DNA of 51,921 nt from Archangium sp. (GCA_031367385.1 JANLPS010000227.1:1-51921), one strand, 5' to 3'. Numbered from the stretch's first letter, positions 35,795 through 45,587 are shown. Program-made: numbers and translations. Notes: generated by a model from the sequence alone, not told the origin.

Positions 35795-36325
35795 GTGACC
35801 GACGAGGAATTGATGGAGCAGTTCTGCCAGGGTCAAGCGAGCGCGTTCGATGCCTTGTTTACCCGGCATGCCGCGGCGATTCGTGGCTACCTTCACAAAA
35901 TGACGGGCCAGCGCAGCGCCGCCGAAGACCTCACCCAAGCCACGTTCATCTCGCTGCTTCGCGCTCGCGGCCGGTTTCTGCGCGGCTCGAAGTTCAAGCC
36001 CTGGCTCTACGCGATCGCCACCAACGCTGCCCGTGACTGGCGACGCCGGGGCGTGCACGAACAGCTGACCGCTGAGGGAGCGACTCCCGAATCTGCCGCT
36101 GAGCCCGCGCTGTTGGCCGACCCAGGGCTCGAGAAGGTGGTGCGGGCCGCGCTCGAGCAATTGCCCGACGCCCAGCGCGAAGCCATCGTGCTGCACCGCT
36201 TCGAGGGGCTCTCATACGCTGAGATCGCCGAGAGCGCCGGAGTGACCGAGTCAGCCGTCAAAGTGCGCGCGCACCGGGGCAGCGAGACGCTTCGGGTCTT
36301 GCTCAAGGGAGTCTGGGAGCCATGA
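35795..36325 (+). CDS. ECF RNA polymerase sigma factor
   Basis: AEDLTQATF, FKPWLYAIATN (region 2); LPDAQREAIVL..FEGLSYAEIA...VKVRAHR (region 4). Confidence 0.95.
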   Translation: MTDEELMEQFCQGQASAFDALFTRHAAAIRGYLHKMTGQRSAAEDLTQATFISLLRARGRFLRGSKFKPWLYAIATNAARDWRRRGVHEQLTAEGATPESAAEPALLADPGLEKVVRAALEQLPDAQREAIVLHRFEGLSYAEIAESAGVTESAVKVRAHRGSETLRVLLKGVWEP

Positions 36326-36948
36326 GCACCGACGACGCCAAGCTCGCCGCATTGAGGGCGCAGGTGCACGCCGAGCTGGCGAAGGCTCCGCGGGCGACAC
36401 CGTGGTGGGTGGGTGCGGTGGCGCTGATGGGGCTCAACCTGGCCTTGGCGGCCGGCGCGCTGATGCTGCTCAGCTCGAACGCGAGGTTCTCGAGCAACCA
36501 GCCGCTGCGCTGGGCCATCGCCGGTGGGCTCTTGCTCATCATCGCGGCAGGCTCGGTGCTCGGGCTCCGCCCGGGCCGGCAGGGCCCACGGGTGGCCATG
36601 GTGGTGATGACCGCGGCCGTCTTCGCGCTCGCCTGGCTGATGGGCTCTGGTGCGCGCGTCGAGATGCCGTTCTGGGGCGGCACGTCATGTGCGACCACCG
36701 AGGGCCTCGTTTCATTGGTGCCCCTGGCGACCGGGCTGTTGTTGCTCACGCGCTTCGGGTTCGACGCGCTGCGCACGGCCCTCATCGGCATGTCGAGCGC
36801 GGGGGTCGGGCTGCTCGCGCTCCACCTGCATTGCCCCAACGGCGCGTGGGAGCACGTGGCGATGTTTCACGTCTTGCCGTGCGCGGTGATGATCGCCGTG
36901 CTCTTCGTCGCGCGCCGGGCGATGCCGTCGAAGACCTTCGCGCCCTGA
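36322..36948 (+). CDS. NrsF/DUF1109-like membrane anti-sigma factor
   Basis: About six TM helices, conserved Cys (TSCA), HLHCP and HVAMFH; translationally coupled to the ECF gene. Confidence 0.8.
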   Translation: MSTDDAKLAALRAQVHAELAKAPRATPWWVGAVALMGLNLALAAGALMLLSSNARFSSNQPLRWAIAGGLLLIIAAGSVLGLRPGRQGPRVAMVVMTAAVFALAWLMGSGARVEMPFWGGTSCATTEGLVSLVPLATGLLLLTRFGFDALRTALIGMSSAGVGLLALHLHCPNGAWEHVAMFHVLPCAVMIAVLFVARRAMPSKTFAP

Positions 36949-36968
36949 CGTGAGGCGGTAGCGACGCC

Positions 36969-38440
36969 TCACGCCATGCGGCGAACGACCAGCGCGCTCA
37001 AGTCGTCTTTTTGAATGGGGCCCCAGGCAGCCGCGCTCTCCATCAGCGCGGTGACGACCGCCTGTGCACCGCGACCGGCGTTGGCTTCGACGGCCCGCTC
37101 GAGCCGCTCGGGCCCGAACTCTTCTCTGCTCGCATTGGCGGCCTCGACGATGCCGTCGCTGTAGAGCACCAGCAGGTCATTGGGCAAAAGCGTGAAGCTG
37201 CCCTCGTGCACGTGTTTGCGAATGTCTTTCATCGCCCCGAGCCAAGCGCCCTTGGTCGCGATGCTCTCGCAGCGGCCGTTCGCCGAGCGAAAGACCACCA
37301 GGTCTTCATGCGCCCCGGCGAACACCACGCGGCCCTCGGGGTAGAAGCGCAGCAGCACGAAGGTGACGTGCTCGTCTTGGTGCATGCGGTTGCGAATGTT
37401 CTCGAACAGCGCGGCGTTGAGCAGGCACAGCGCGTCGGCCGGCGTGATGTCGGGCTTGGTGAGGGTGATGCCTTGCAGCGTGCTCTGGGTCATCAGCGCC
37501 ACCAGCCCCGAGGTCAGCCCGTGGCCCGCCACGTCGCCCAACGCGACCCAACAGCCGTCGGCGGTGGGCTGCACGTCGAAGCAATCGCCTCCGACCTCTT
37601 CGGCGGGCTTCATCGCGGCGGCGATCTCCAAGCCTGAAATCTCGAAGCAGGTCGGCAGAATCGCGACCTGAATTCTCGAGGCGATGGCGACCTCTTGCTG
37701 CAGAACTTCTTGCTGGTGCCGCATTGCATCGGCGCGGGTCAGAATTCGGCTCACCAAGACCAGGCCGATCGGCACCAAGATCAGGGTGGCGAGCACCATC
37801 ACCACCCAGAGAATCGCGCGGGTGGTTCGCGAGGCTTCTCCCAGCACCTCCGAGAACTCGCTGGTCAGCGGAGTCAGCTCGCGGTTGATGGTACGCAGCC
37901 GCTCGTCGAGCGCGACCTTCTGCGCGGGGTCGACGTGGCCAGCGGCGAACAGGGCATGCATCTCGTCACCCAGCGCGCTGAGTTGATCGATGTACCCGTC
38001 ACCCTTCGACCAGGCATCGACCGCGGCGGCGAAGAAGCTGACGTGGCGAAAGCGCTGAAACATGACCACCACCCCATCGACGTCATCGGGGTGCACGCCG
38101 CCTGCAGAAACCCGGCTCGGGCGATGGCGTGGTCGGGGGTGGGCCCGTCGAGGTTCAGCCGCGCCTTTCGGTCTCCCAGCGGCACGCTCATCGCTTGCTC
38201 GAACAGCCGGTAGTTGTGCTCATCACCGGTGCGCGAGTACTCAATGAGATAGAAGACCGCGTCTTTGTGGCCCTTCGACCAGAGGCTCTCGCCGTTCACG
38301 TAGGCCCGCGTCGACGAGATGATCGACATGCTCTCGTAGGCCAGGCCGAGCAAGATCAGCACCGCGCCGACCAGCGGCCAGACGATCTTCATCACCCCAC
38401 CCAGCGTCTTGAGCCAGCGGGGCCCCCCCGGGCGCGCCAT
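36969..38440 (-). pseudogene. Membrane sensor-PP2C (SpoIIE/RsbU-like) phosphatase split by a 1-bp frameshift (real or sequencing error)
   Basis: The N-terminal TM and sensor (RAYVNGESLWSKGHKDA...AGFLQ) continue in another frame as GVHPDD...TM...VGGDCFD, GDVAGHG, LYSDGIVEA, DDLSAL. Adding one G at 38101-38102 restores a single ORF. Confidence 0.85.
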
Positions 38441-38442
38441 GG

Positions 38443-38751
38443 TCAGGCCTCCACGATGTCGACCAGGTCGAGCGCGAAACACGAGAGTGAGCTCAAGCTG
38501 CCCTTCTGCCATCGAATCTTCGGGTTCGAGAGAAACCGCATTCGGTAGCGCTGGGCCGGGGCGCGGGCCTCGAGGTTCGAGAGCCAGATGATGAAGTCTT
38601 TGAAGCACGACGAGCTCATGAAGTTGAGCTTGCGAATGTCGACGTCGATGGTCTTGACGCCGTCAGCCACCAGCACCGCCTCGACCTGCTTCAAGAAGGG
38701 GCCCAGCACCGCCTGCGCGCTGGCTTCGGCCCGACCCTCGAACGTGACCAT
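38443..38751 (-). CDS. STAS/SiaC-like phospho-switch protein
   Basis: DIRKLNFMSSSCFK resembles the SpoIIAA D-l..l.FMDSSG phospho-Ser motif; lies between a kinase-like gene and a PP2C gene. Confidence 0.7.
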   Translation of the reverse strand: MVTFEGRAEASAQAVLGPFLKQVEAVLVADGVKTIDVDIRKLNFMSSSCFKDFIIWLSNLEARAPAQRYRMRFLSNPKIRWQKGSLSSLSCFALDLVDIVEA

Positions 38752-38757
38752 CGGCGG

Positions 38758-39108
38758 TTAGCCCAGGCCATTGACCACTGCGGCGTTCGCGGGAGTGGCC
38801 CGGTTCAAGGTGCGCAAGGTCAGGCTGTTGCCCGAGCCGATGTTCATGCGCACCTCGAGGCTGGCCTCGCCATCAGCGCCGTACTTCGAGGAGTTCTCGA
38901 GCAGCTCGTGGGCCGCGAGCATCGCCTTCGAGACGGTGTCGGCCGAGGCCTTGCGCGAATGGGCCTTGATGAAGGCCGCCACGAAGCGCCGCACGTGGTG
39001 CAGCAAATTGAGATCGAGCCGCGAGAAGACCAGGCTGACCAACGGGGGCTGCTCTGCACTGCGCTTTGCTGCTTTCGACTTTGAGGGCTGCACGCGGGGC
39101 GACTTCAC
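38758..39108 (-). CDS. RsbW/SiaB-like GHKL Ser/Thr kinase, apparently C-terminally truncated
   Basis: VRRFV...AAHELLENSSKYG N-box. It ends at NGLG-stop without the segment that normally follows the G-box. Confidence 0.6.
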   Translation of the reverse strand: MKSPRVQPSKSKAAKRSAEQPPLVSLVFSRLDLNLLHHVRRFVAAFIKAHSRKASADTVSKAMLAAHELLENSSKYGADGEASLEVRMNIGSGNSLTLRTLNRATPANAAVVNGLG

Positions 39109-39183
39109 TCGCTCGCCCCGGTTGCGTCAATGAAGTGGCATCAGAGGTGGTGGCGTGTGGGCAACACGCCCGACTCGCGCATC

Positions 39184-40218
39184 TTAGAGCGGGCAGAGAC
39201 CGAATTCGGTGGTGCCGTTCAGGGGGCCGCACGGCATCGCTCCGCAGCCGGGGGCGCCGCCGTCGAGGTTGCACATGTTTCGGCAGGTGCCGCTGGTCGC
39301 GGTCGAGTCGGGCACCAGACACAGCGCACCGCGCACGCAGTTCGCTTGGCCGCAGCTGGCGCCCACCGCGACGGTGCCGGTCGCTTCGCACAGGCTGCCG
39401 ACCGAGGTCGGGTAACACGACTCGGTGCCTTTGCTGCAGTTCTGGGTGAGCGCGTTGCACGACTCGACCGAGCGACAGACCAGCGGCTTCTCGGCCACCC
39501 CGGGGATGGTGACGAGAATCTGGCAGAGGCTGCCGGTGGTGCAGTTCTGGTTGCTGTTGCAGTACTTCGCGCAGATGGAGTTGACGCAGAACAAGCCCTT
39601 GGCGCAGTTGTCGCCATTGGCGCCACCACACGCGGCACCTTCAGCCTGAGGGCCCGCCGCGGCACAAGTGCGGCCCACGCCGCCGTCAATGAGCTGGCCG
39701 TAACCACAGCGCGCGGTACCCGCGCAGTCTTGCTTGACCACGTCGCACTCGCCGGGGAAGCAGAGGGCGTTGCCGTTCTGATCGGCGAGCAGGCACTCGG
39801 TGCCGGTCGCGCAGGCGGGCGCGGCGAAGTTGCAGGCCACCGGGGTGACGGTGCCGCCAGTGCCCGCGTCTTTGACGCCTGAGTCGATGGTGCCGGTGCC
39901 GCCACCGGTGCCTCCACCCGTGCCGCCGCCGGTACCTCCACCGGTGCCGGAGTCAACGCCGCCAGTGCCGCCGCCGCTGCCGCCGACGCAGGAGTAGGTG
40001 GTCGTGTTGCAGGTGGCGTTGGTGGTCGTGCAATTGACGCAGGCGACGCCCTGGCTGCCGCAGGCGCTCGAGTTGACGATGTCGCGACCGATGCAGGCGC
40101 CGGCCGCGGTGCAGCAGCCGCCGCAGTTCGAGGGCCCGCAGGCCGAGTTGCCACACGAGGGAGCCACTGCGATGGCGAAGCCGACAGCGACTCCGACGAG
40201 GAGGATTTTGAAATTCAT
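39184..40218 (-). CDS. Cys-rich exported protein / lipoprotein
   Basis: Signal peptide ending APSC, CGPSNCGGCC, a GTGG-repeat linker, and repeated GAxC...C..GLxC...C..YC modules. Confidence 0.8.
   Translation of the reverse strand: MNFKILLVGVAVGFAIAVAPSCGNSACGPSNCGGCCTAAGACIGRDIVNSSACGSQGVACVNCTTTNATCNTTTYSCVGGSGGGTGGVDSGTGGGTGGGTGGGTGGGTGTIDSGVKDAGTGGTVTPVACNFAAPACATGTECLLADQNGNALCFPGECDVVKQDCAGTARCGYGQLIDGGVGRTCAAAGPQAEGAACGGANGDNCAKGLFCVNSICAKYCNSNQNCTTGSLCQILVTIPGVAEKPLVCRSVESCNALTQNCSKGTESCYPTSVGSLCEATGTVAVGASCGQANCVRGALCLVPDSTATSGTCRNMCNLDGGAPGCGAMPCGPLNGTTEFGLCPL
39895..39948. repeat. 12-bp coding tandem repeat, (GTGG) x ~4
   Basis: Degenerate GTGCCGCCACCG units encoding GTGGGTGGGTGGGTGGGT. 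Confidence 0.75.
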
Positions 40219-40535
40219 GGGCCTCTGAAACCAGAGCCGGCCACCCCGGTCAAGCAGTCATAAGTGCTGCGCCGCAGCATGCGCTCCATAACTCTCGTTC
40301 GCCCTGAGGGACTCGAAGGACCTGAATGCACGAGCGACCTTTTGCGGACTCGGTGAGCCTTGCTCGCATCTGGACCGCGGGGTCTCCGGGCTCTTGCTGA
40401 GGGCGGGGGGCGCTCCCTGCTCGACGGTCGTGCTCGCCACGAGCAGCCCCATGGTGGGGGAGGAGGGAGGGGCTGGTCGTCATCGGCACCGCGCACGGCG
40501 CCCGAAAACCCCGCCCTCCACCCAAGCCACCTCGC

Positions 40536-41426
40536 CTACGTTCGCTTCGCCAGCACCCGGCGGTACTTGAGCCGGCCCCGCTCGGCATCAGCCATCGCGA
40601 GCAGCGCTCCATCGGGCCCGAGCACGCGCACCAGGCCGTCTTGCACCGCCGTCTCGACCTGCACCCCGTGCAGCACCTGCGACACCGCCGCCGCCGACAC
40701 CGTCACGGAGGGGATCGACTGCAATGACACCTCCGCCGAGATCAACATCGGCGCGACCGCCGGGCCCTTGGCGACCACCTCCGCCAGCGAAATCGCCTGT
40801 GAAAGCACGAACGGCCCGCTGGCCACCCTTCGAAGCGCGGTCAAATGCGCTCCGCTGCCGAGCGCGCGCCCCAAATCTTGCGCCAGGCTGCGCACGAAGA
40901 ACCCCTTCGAAGCCTTCACGAACAGCCGCACCTCGCTGGCCGAAAAATCACGCAGCTCGAGCTCGAACACGGTGATTTCACGCGCAGCTCGCTCGACTTC
41001 TTCACCCGCGCGCGCCAGCTCGTACAGCCGCTTGCCGCCGATCTTGATCGCCGAATACATCGGAGGCGTCTGCAGAATCGGCCCCCGAAACTTCGCGAGG
41101 GCCGCCTCGAGCACCTCGCGGCTGAGCACGGGGAGTGGAAACTCAGCAGTGACCTGGCCCTCGGCGTCGAGCGTGTCGGTCTCGGCGCCGAAGCGAATCA
41201 CCGCCTCGTAGGCCTTGTCGCCATCGGTCAAGTACTGGGCGATTCGGGTCGCGTCGCCCAGGCAAATGGCCAGCACGCCGGTCGCCATCGGGTCGAGGGT
41301 GCCGGTGTGCCCGACCTTGCGGGTCTTGAGCGCATTGCGCACGTCGCGCACCACATCGAACGACGTCGGGCCTTGCGGCTTGTCGACCACCAACACTCCG
41401 TCGAGGCCGGGCGCGGTCGGGAGCAT
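40536..41426 (-). CDS. truB: tRNA pseudouridine(55) synthase
   Basis: VDKPQGPTSFDVV, KVGHTGTLDPMATGVL, QTPPMYSAIKIGGKRLYELAR. Confidence 0.97.
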   Translation of the reverse strand: MLPTAPGLDGVLVVDKPQGPTSFDVVRDVRNALKTRKVGHTGTLDPMATGVLAICLGDATRIAQYLTDGDKAYEAVIRFGAETDTLDAEGQVTAEFPLPVLSREVLEAALAKFRGPILQTPPMYSAIKIGGKRLYELARAGEEVERAAREITVFELELRDFSASEVRLFVKASKGFFVRSLAQDLGRALGSGAHLTALRRVASGPFVLSQAISLAEVVAKGPAVAPMLISAEVSLQSIPSVTVSAAAVSQVLHGVQVETAVQDGLVRVLGPDGALLAMADAERGRLKYRRVLAKRT

Positions 41427-41432
41427 CGCTTG

Positions 41433-41789
41433 CTACCAGCCTTCTTTGTCGCGCACTTCTTTGAGCAGCCGCTCGATCTTGTCGCCCTCTTCGAGCGACC
41501 CGTCGAAGGTGAAGAACACCTCGGGTGAGATGCGCAGCTTGACCCGCTTGGTCACTTCACGGCGCACGAAGACCTTCGCCGAGGTGAGGCCCGCCTGGGT
41601 CTCAGCCTTTTGCGCGTCGGTGCCGATCATCGAATAAAACACCTGCGCCACCGAGAGATCAGGCGACACCTTCACGCCGGTGACGGTGATGAAGCCGACC
41701 CGGGGGTCGTTGATCATGCCCCGAATCAAGATGTCTGCGACCGCCGCTTGAATCTCTTGGGCGACACGTTCTGGGCGAATCGAGCTCAT
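41433..41789 (-). CDS. rbfA: Ribosome-binding factor A
   Basis: [39 protein letters not shown]; operon context. Confidence 0.96.
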   Translation of the reverse strand: MSSIRPERVAQEIQAAVADILIRGMINDPRVGFITVTGVKVSPDLSVAQVFYSMIGTDAQKAETQAGLTSAKVFVRREVTKRVKLRISPEVFFTFDGSLEEGDKIERLLKEVRDKEGW

Positions 41790-42373
41790 GCGTCGTCTTC
41801 TTCCTTTTTAGAGGAGGCGGCGGCCGGTTTGCCGCCACGCCCCTCCCACTCACGGCGATTGCGCAGCGAACGCGCCACGGCCTTCGCGTCTTCCAACGAC
41901 AGCTTCGGCCTCGGCGCGCTGGCCTTGACCCTCGGCGTCGACGGCATCGGCGGCGGCATCTGCTTGTCGTGTCGGTGGTCCCACTCCCCCAGGCCCTCGG
42001 CCTCGGCCAGCGACCGCTCGCCCTTGGGTATGGTCAGCGACATCAAATTGGCCGCCACGCCGGTCGAGCCCGCGAAGAGCTGCTCGCCGAAGGTCAGAAT
42101 CTCGAATTCTCGGCTGTGAATCGGCGCCACGTACATGTCGTCGACGAACTGCAGAATCTTGTCGAGCATCTCGTTGACGTGCCGCTTGTCGTTGCCGACC
42201 ACCGAGAGCGCGACGACCGCCCGGTTCCACACGTCGTTGTCTTCGACCTCGGCGACCGAGACGTTGAACTTCGCTTTGACCCGGTCGGTCACCCGCCGCA
42301 ACACCTGGCGCTTCGCCTTCAGCGAGCCCGCGGCGGGTATATCGAGGGTGATGCGAGAGACGCCGACGAACAT
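41786..42373 (-). CDS. DUF503 (YlxP-like) protein with a long C-terminal extension
   Basis: SLKAKRQVL...[15 protein letters not shown] core, located between infB and rbfA. Confidence 0.88.
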   Translation of the reverse strand: MFVGVSRITLDIPAAGSLKAKRQVLRRVTDRVKAKFNVSVAEVEDNDVWNRAVVALSVVGNDKRHVNEMLDKILQFVDDMYVAPIHSREFEILTFGEQLFAGSTGVAANLMSLTIPKGERSLAEAEGLGEWDHRHDKQMPPPMPSTPRVKASAPRPKLSLEDAKAVARSLRNRREWEGRGGKPAAASSKKEEDDA

Positions 42374-42392
42374 GAGAGCTCCCCAGGAGACG

Positions 42393-42428
42393 TGAGGCGC
42401 GCAAGAGAACTGACTCTCCCGCGCCTCA
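42393..42428. other. Intergenic stem-loop between infB and the DUF503 gene
   Basis: TGAGGCGCG...CGCGCCTCA 9-bp perfect stem with inner GAGA/TCTC pairing; no U-tract. Confidence 0.6.
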
Positions 42429-42450
42429 TTTCACCACACCAGCCGAAGCC

Positions 42451-45363
42451 TCAGCTCAGCGAGGGGCGAATTTCTTCGATTTCGAAGGCCTCGATGACGT
42501 CGCCCGCCTGAATTTCGGCGAAGCCCTCGATGCCGATACCGCATTCGAAGCCCTGCGCGACCTCGCGCACGTCGTCTTTGAAGCGCTTGAGGCTGGCCAA
42601 CTTGCCCTGAAAGACCTGCTTGTTCGAACGCCAGACCCGAACATGGGCCGAGCGCTTGAGCATGCCTTCGGTGACAGAGGAGCCTGCGACGACGCCGAGC
42701 TTGGGCACGTTGAAGAGGTTGCGCACCTCGGCCTTGCCCAGCTTCTTCTCGACGCGAATCGGGTCGAGCAGGTCTTCCATCATGTGGGTGATGCCAGTGA
42801 GCAGCTCGTAGATGATGCCGTACGTGTCCCACTTCACTTCGAGCACCTTGGCGGCGTGCTCGGCACCCGACTCGGGGCGTGAATTGAAGCCGATGACGGC
42901 GGCTCCGAAGGCCGAGGCGTTGTTCATGTCGGTCTCGGTCATCATGCCGACGCTCTTCTGTACGATGGTGACCTTGACCTTCTTGGTCGAGAGCTTGATC
43001 ACCGCATCGGCGACCGCTTCGAGCGAGCCCGACACGTCGGCCTTCAAGACGACCTTGAGCTCTTTCTGGTCGGCGACCTTCTGCTTGGCGAGCAGGTCGG
43101 CCAGCGTCTCGCGCGAGGTCTTGCCAGCCTCGGCCTGACGCGCCTTCAAGATGCGGTGGTCGGCGATCTGCTTGGCGGCCTTTTCGTCGGCCACGGCGTG
43201 AATCACGTCGCCCGCGGTCGGCACGCCCGAGAGCCCGATGACCTCGGCCGAGTAGCCCGGCTTGAGCTCGTCGACGGTCTGCCCCTTGTCGTTGACCAGC
43301 ATGCGTACCCGGCCAAAGTGAATGCCCGAGACGACGGCGTCGCCCTTGCGCAGGGTGCCTTCTTGCACCAGCACGGTGGCGATGGGGCCGCGGCCCTTCT
43401 CGAGAAACGCTTCGAGAATGGTGCCCTGCAGCGGGCGGTTCGGGTTGGCCTTGAGCTCGAGCACTTCGGCCTGCAGCGAGACGTTCTCGAGCAGCAATTC
43501 GAGCCCGGTCTTCAGCTTGGCCGAGACGGGCACCATGATGACGTCGCCGCCCCACTCTTCAGCGAGCAGGCCGTTGTCAGCCAAATCTTTCTTCACCCGG
43601 TCGATGTTCGCGCCCGGCACGTCCATCTTGTTGATGGCGACCACGATGGGCACTTCGGCCTTCTTGGCGTGCTCGATGGCCTCTTTGGTCTGGGGCATCA
43701 CGCCGTCATCGGCCGCAACGACCAGCACGACCACGTCGGTGATGTTCGCGCCGCGTGAGCGCATCGCGCTGAACGCCTCGTGGCCCGGAGTGTCTAAGAA
43801 GGTGATGTCGCCGTGGGTCGACTTCACCGTGTAGGCGCCGATGTGCTGGGTGATGCCGCCGGTCTCGCCGCCAGCGACGTTCGCCTGGCGAATCGCGTCG
43901 AGCAGCGAGGTCTTGCCGTGGTCGACATGGCCCATCACGGTCACGACCGGCGGGCGCTTGATCGAGTTCTCGGGGTTCTCTTCGACCTTGGGCAAGAAGT
44001 CTTCGACCTCGAAGCCGACCTTCTTCACCGTCCACCCGTAGCCTAAGGCGATGACTCCGGCGGTCTCGGCGTCGATGGTCATGGTCGCGGTGACCATTTT
44101 ACCCGACGCCATCAACTTCTTGATGAGCTCGGTGGTCTTGACGCCGATGCGCTGCGAGAGCTCGCTGACGGTGATGCCGTCTTGAACCTTGATGACCTTC
44201 TTCTCTTCGGCCATCTCGGTGATCTGAGTCTTCTGGCCCTTCTTGGTCGGCTTCTTCTTCTTGCCGCGAATCGGTATCGAGACGCGCCCGAAGATCTGCT
44301 CGCGAATCGCGGTCGACTCGGTGTTCTCGGTGGTCTTGTCTTTCGCGGTACGGCCCGAGCCCTTGCGCTCTTTTTCTTTGGCCTTGGCGACGTCGATGAA
44401 CTCTTTGGTGCCGGTGCCGAACTGATTGGGCACCACGCGAAACTCACGCACCTCGCCGATGGCCTTCTTGCCCGGCGCCATCGGGTAGCGGTTGGGCTGG
44501 TGGGTCGGGGTGACGCGCTTAATCGCGATCAACGGGCGGCTGACCAACACGGCCTGGGTCGCGGTCGGCACCAGCGGGCGCGGAGGCACCGCGGTGGCGG
44601 GGCCGGTCGCGGTGGCCCCTGCGGCGCCCAGCTGCGGGCGAATGGTGACGCCGGGCCGAGGGGCCGAGGCGCGAGCCCCGAAGCCTTGTCGAACCATCGG
44701 AGGCACCGCCGCGGGAGGCGCGCTGGTGATCGGCGCGGGCATGGCGGGTGACGAGACGCGAGGCGCGGCCACTGAGGCGCGAGCGCGCGGGGCCGAGGCA
44801 GCCACGGCAGCGGCGGCCATCGGAGCACCGACGGCCGGAGCAGCGACGGTGGCGACCGGCATCTCAGGCGCGGCAGCAACCGCGGGAGGAACCACTGCGG
44901 CGGCGGGCGTCTCGGCGGTCTGCGCAGCGGTCATGGCTTGGGGCACAGCGGCTGGTTCAATCGGAGCAGCAGCGACGGCTTCGGGCGAAGTCACGGCAAC
45001 GGCGGCCGGGGCCTCGACGGCTTGGGGCGCGGCGACGAGCGCCTGCGGAGGCGCGATGACCGGCTTGCTCGGCACCTGAATGCCCGAGGGCGCTGATTGC
45101 GGAGTCTGCACGGTCGAGTCTCCGACCTTGCGGCGAACGACGAAGCCCTTGGGCGCAACGGGCGCGGGAGCAGCCTTCGGCTTGCGCTTGTCGACGATGC
45201 GCTGCACTGCTGCGACGGCTTGATCGTCTTCGAGCGACGAAGAGTGGCTCTTCACGTCGTACCCGAGCGACTGAAGCTCGGTGACGACGGCTTTGTTGTC
45301 GAGCTCGATGCCGTGGTTGTCTTTCAACTCTTTGGCGATTTCGTGAACGCGCTTCTTTGACAT
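42451..45363 (-). CDS. infB: Translation initiation factor IF-2
   Basis: [14 protein letters not shown]-domain, [44 protein letters not shown]. Start at ATG 45363, preceded by GGAGAG. Confidence 0.98.
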   Translation of the reverse strand: MSKKRVHEIAKELKDNHGIELDNKAVVTELQSLGYDVKSHSSSLEDDQAVAAVQRIVDKRKPKAAPAPVAPKGFVVRRKVGDSTVQTPQSAPSGIQVPSKPVIAPPQALVAAPQAVEAPAAVAVTSPEAVAAAPIEPAAVPQAMTAAQTAETPAAAVVPPAVAAAPEMPVATVAAPAVGAPMAAAAVAASAPRARASVAAPRVSSPAMPAPITSAPPAAVPPMVRQGFGARASAPRPGVTIRPQLGAAGATATGPATAVPPRPLVPTATQAVLVSRPLIAIKRVTPTHQPNRYPMAPGKKAIGEVREFRVVPNQFGTGTKEFIDVAKAKEKERKGSGRTAKDKTTENTESTAIREQIFGRVSIPIRGKKKKPTKKGQKTQITEMAEEKKVIKVQDGITVSELSQRIGVKTTELIKKLMASGKMVTATMTIDAETAGVIALGYGWTVKKVGFEVEDFLPKVEENPENSIKRPPVVTVMGHVDHGKTSLLDAIRQANVAGGETGGITQHIGAYTVKSTHGDITFLDTPGHEAFSAMRSRGANITDVVVLVVAADDGVMPQTKEAIEHAKKAEVPIVVAINKMDVPGANIDRVKKDLADNGLLAEEWGGDVIMVPVSAKLKTGLELLLENVSLQAEVLELKANPNRPLQGTILEAFLEKGRGPIATVLVQEGTLRKGDAVVSGIHFGRVRMLVNDKGQTVDELKPGYSAEVIGLSGVPTAGDVIHAVADEKAAKQIADHRILKARQAEAGKTSRETLADLLAKQKVADQKELKVVLKADVSGSLEAVADAVIKLSTKKVKVTIVQKSVGMMTETDMNNASAFGAAVIGFNSRPESGAEHAAKVLEVKWDTYGIIYELLTGITHMMEDLLDPIRVEKKLGKAEVRNLFNVPKLGVVAGSSVTEGMLKRSAHVRVWRSNKQVFQGKLASLKRFKDDVREVAQGFECGIGIEGFAEIQAGDVIEAFEIEEIRPSLS

Positions 45364-45395
45364 AGGCAGCTCTCCGCGTACTTCAGAAGGGGGCG

Positions 45396-45434
45396 AAAAA
45401 AAAGCCTCGAAACCCTTCGTAGGTTTGATCAGCT
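45396..45434 (-). terminator. Candidate intrinsic terminator/attenuator just upstream of infB
   Basis: Minus strand AGCTGATCAAACCTACGAAGGGTTTCGAGGC-T8: an imperfect hairpin followed by a U8 tract. Confidence 0.45.
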
Positions 45435-45587
45435 GAATTGGTGACGGTGCGAGGGCGAATCGAGCGCCGGTACCGCGGCCCTCAATTCTGTTCTGTGACC
45501 AACACGGCACATCTGGCGACGCCCTGTGGTGCTCTGGGCGGGGCCGACACACGGTCGGTGGGGGTTCAACGGCAAGACGTCATTCGT

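Noticed and set aside
40310..40330. Minus-strand TCAGGTCC resembling the SRP RNA core; the rod also suggested 6S RNA
   Set aside because: The following GGAAGGAAGCAGC of SRP is absent, and neither the large central bubble nor the usual gene context of 6S is seen. Kept only as an unnamed candidate RNA.
40258..40452. 64-aa minus-strand ORF in the gap after truB
   Set aside because: No ribosome-binding site or recognisable motif; composition looks non-coding.
45364..45552. 62-aa N-terminal extension of IF2
   Set aside because: The IF2 N-domain starts at MSKKRVHE with a ribosome-binding site, and the extension crosses a terminator-like T8 tract.
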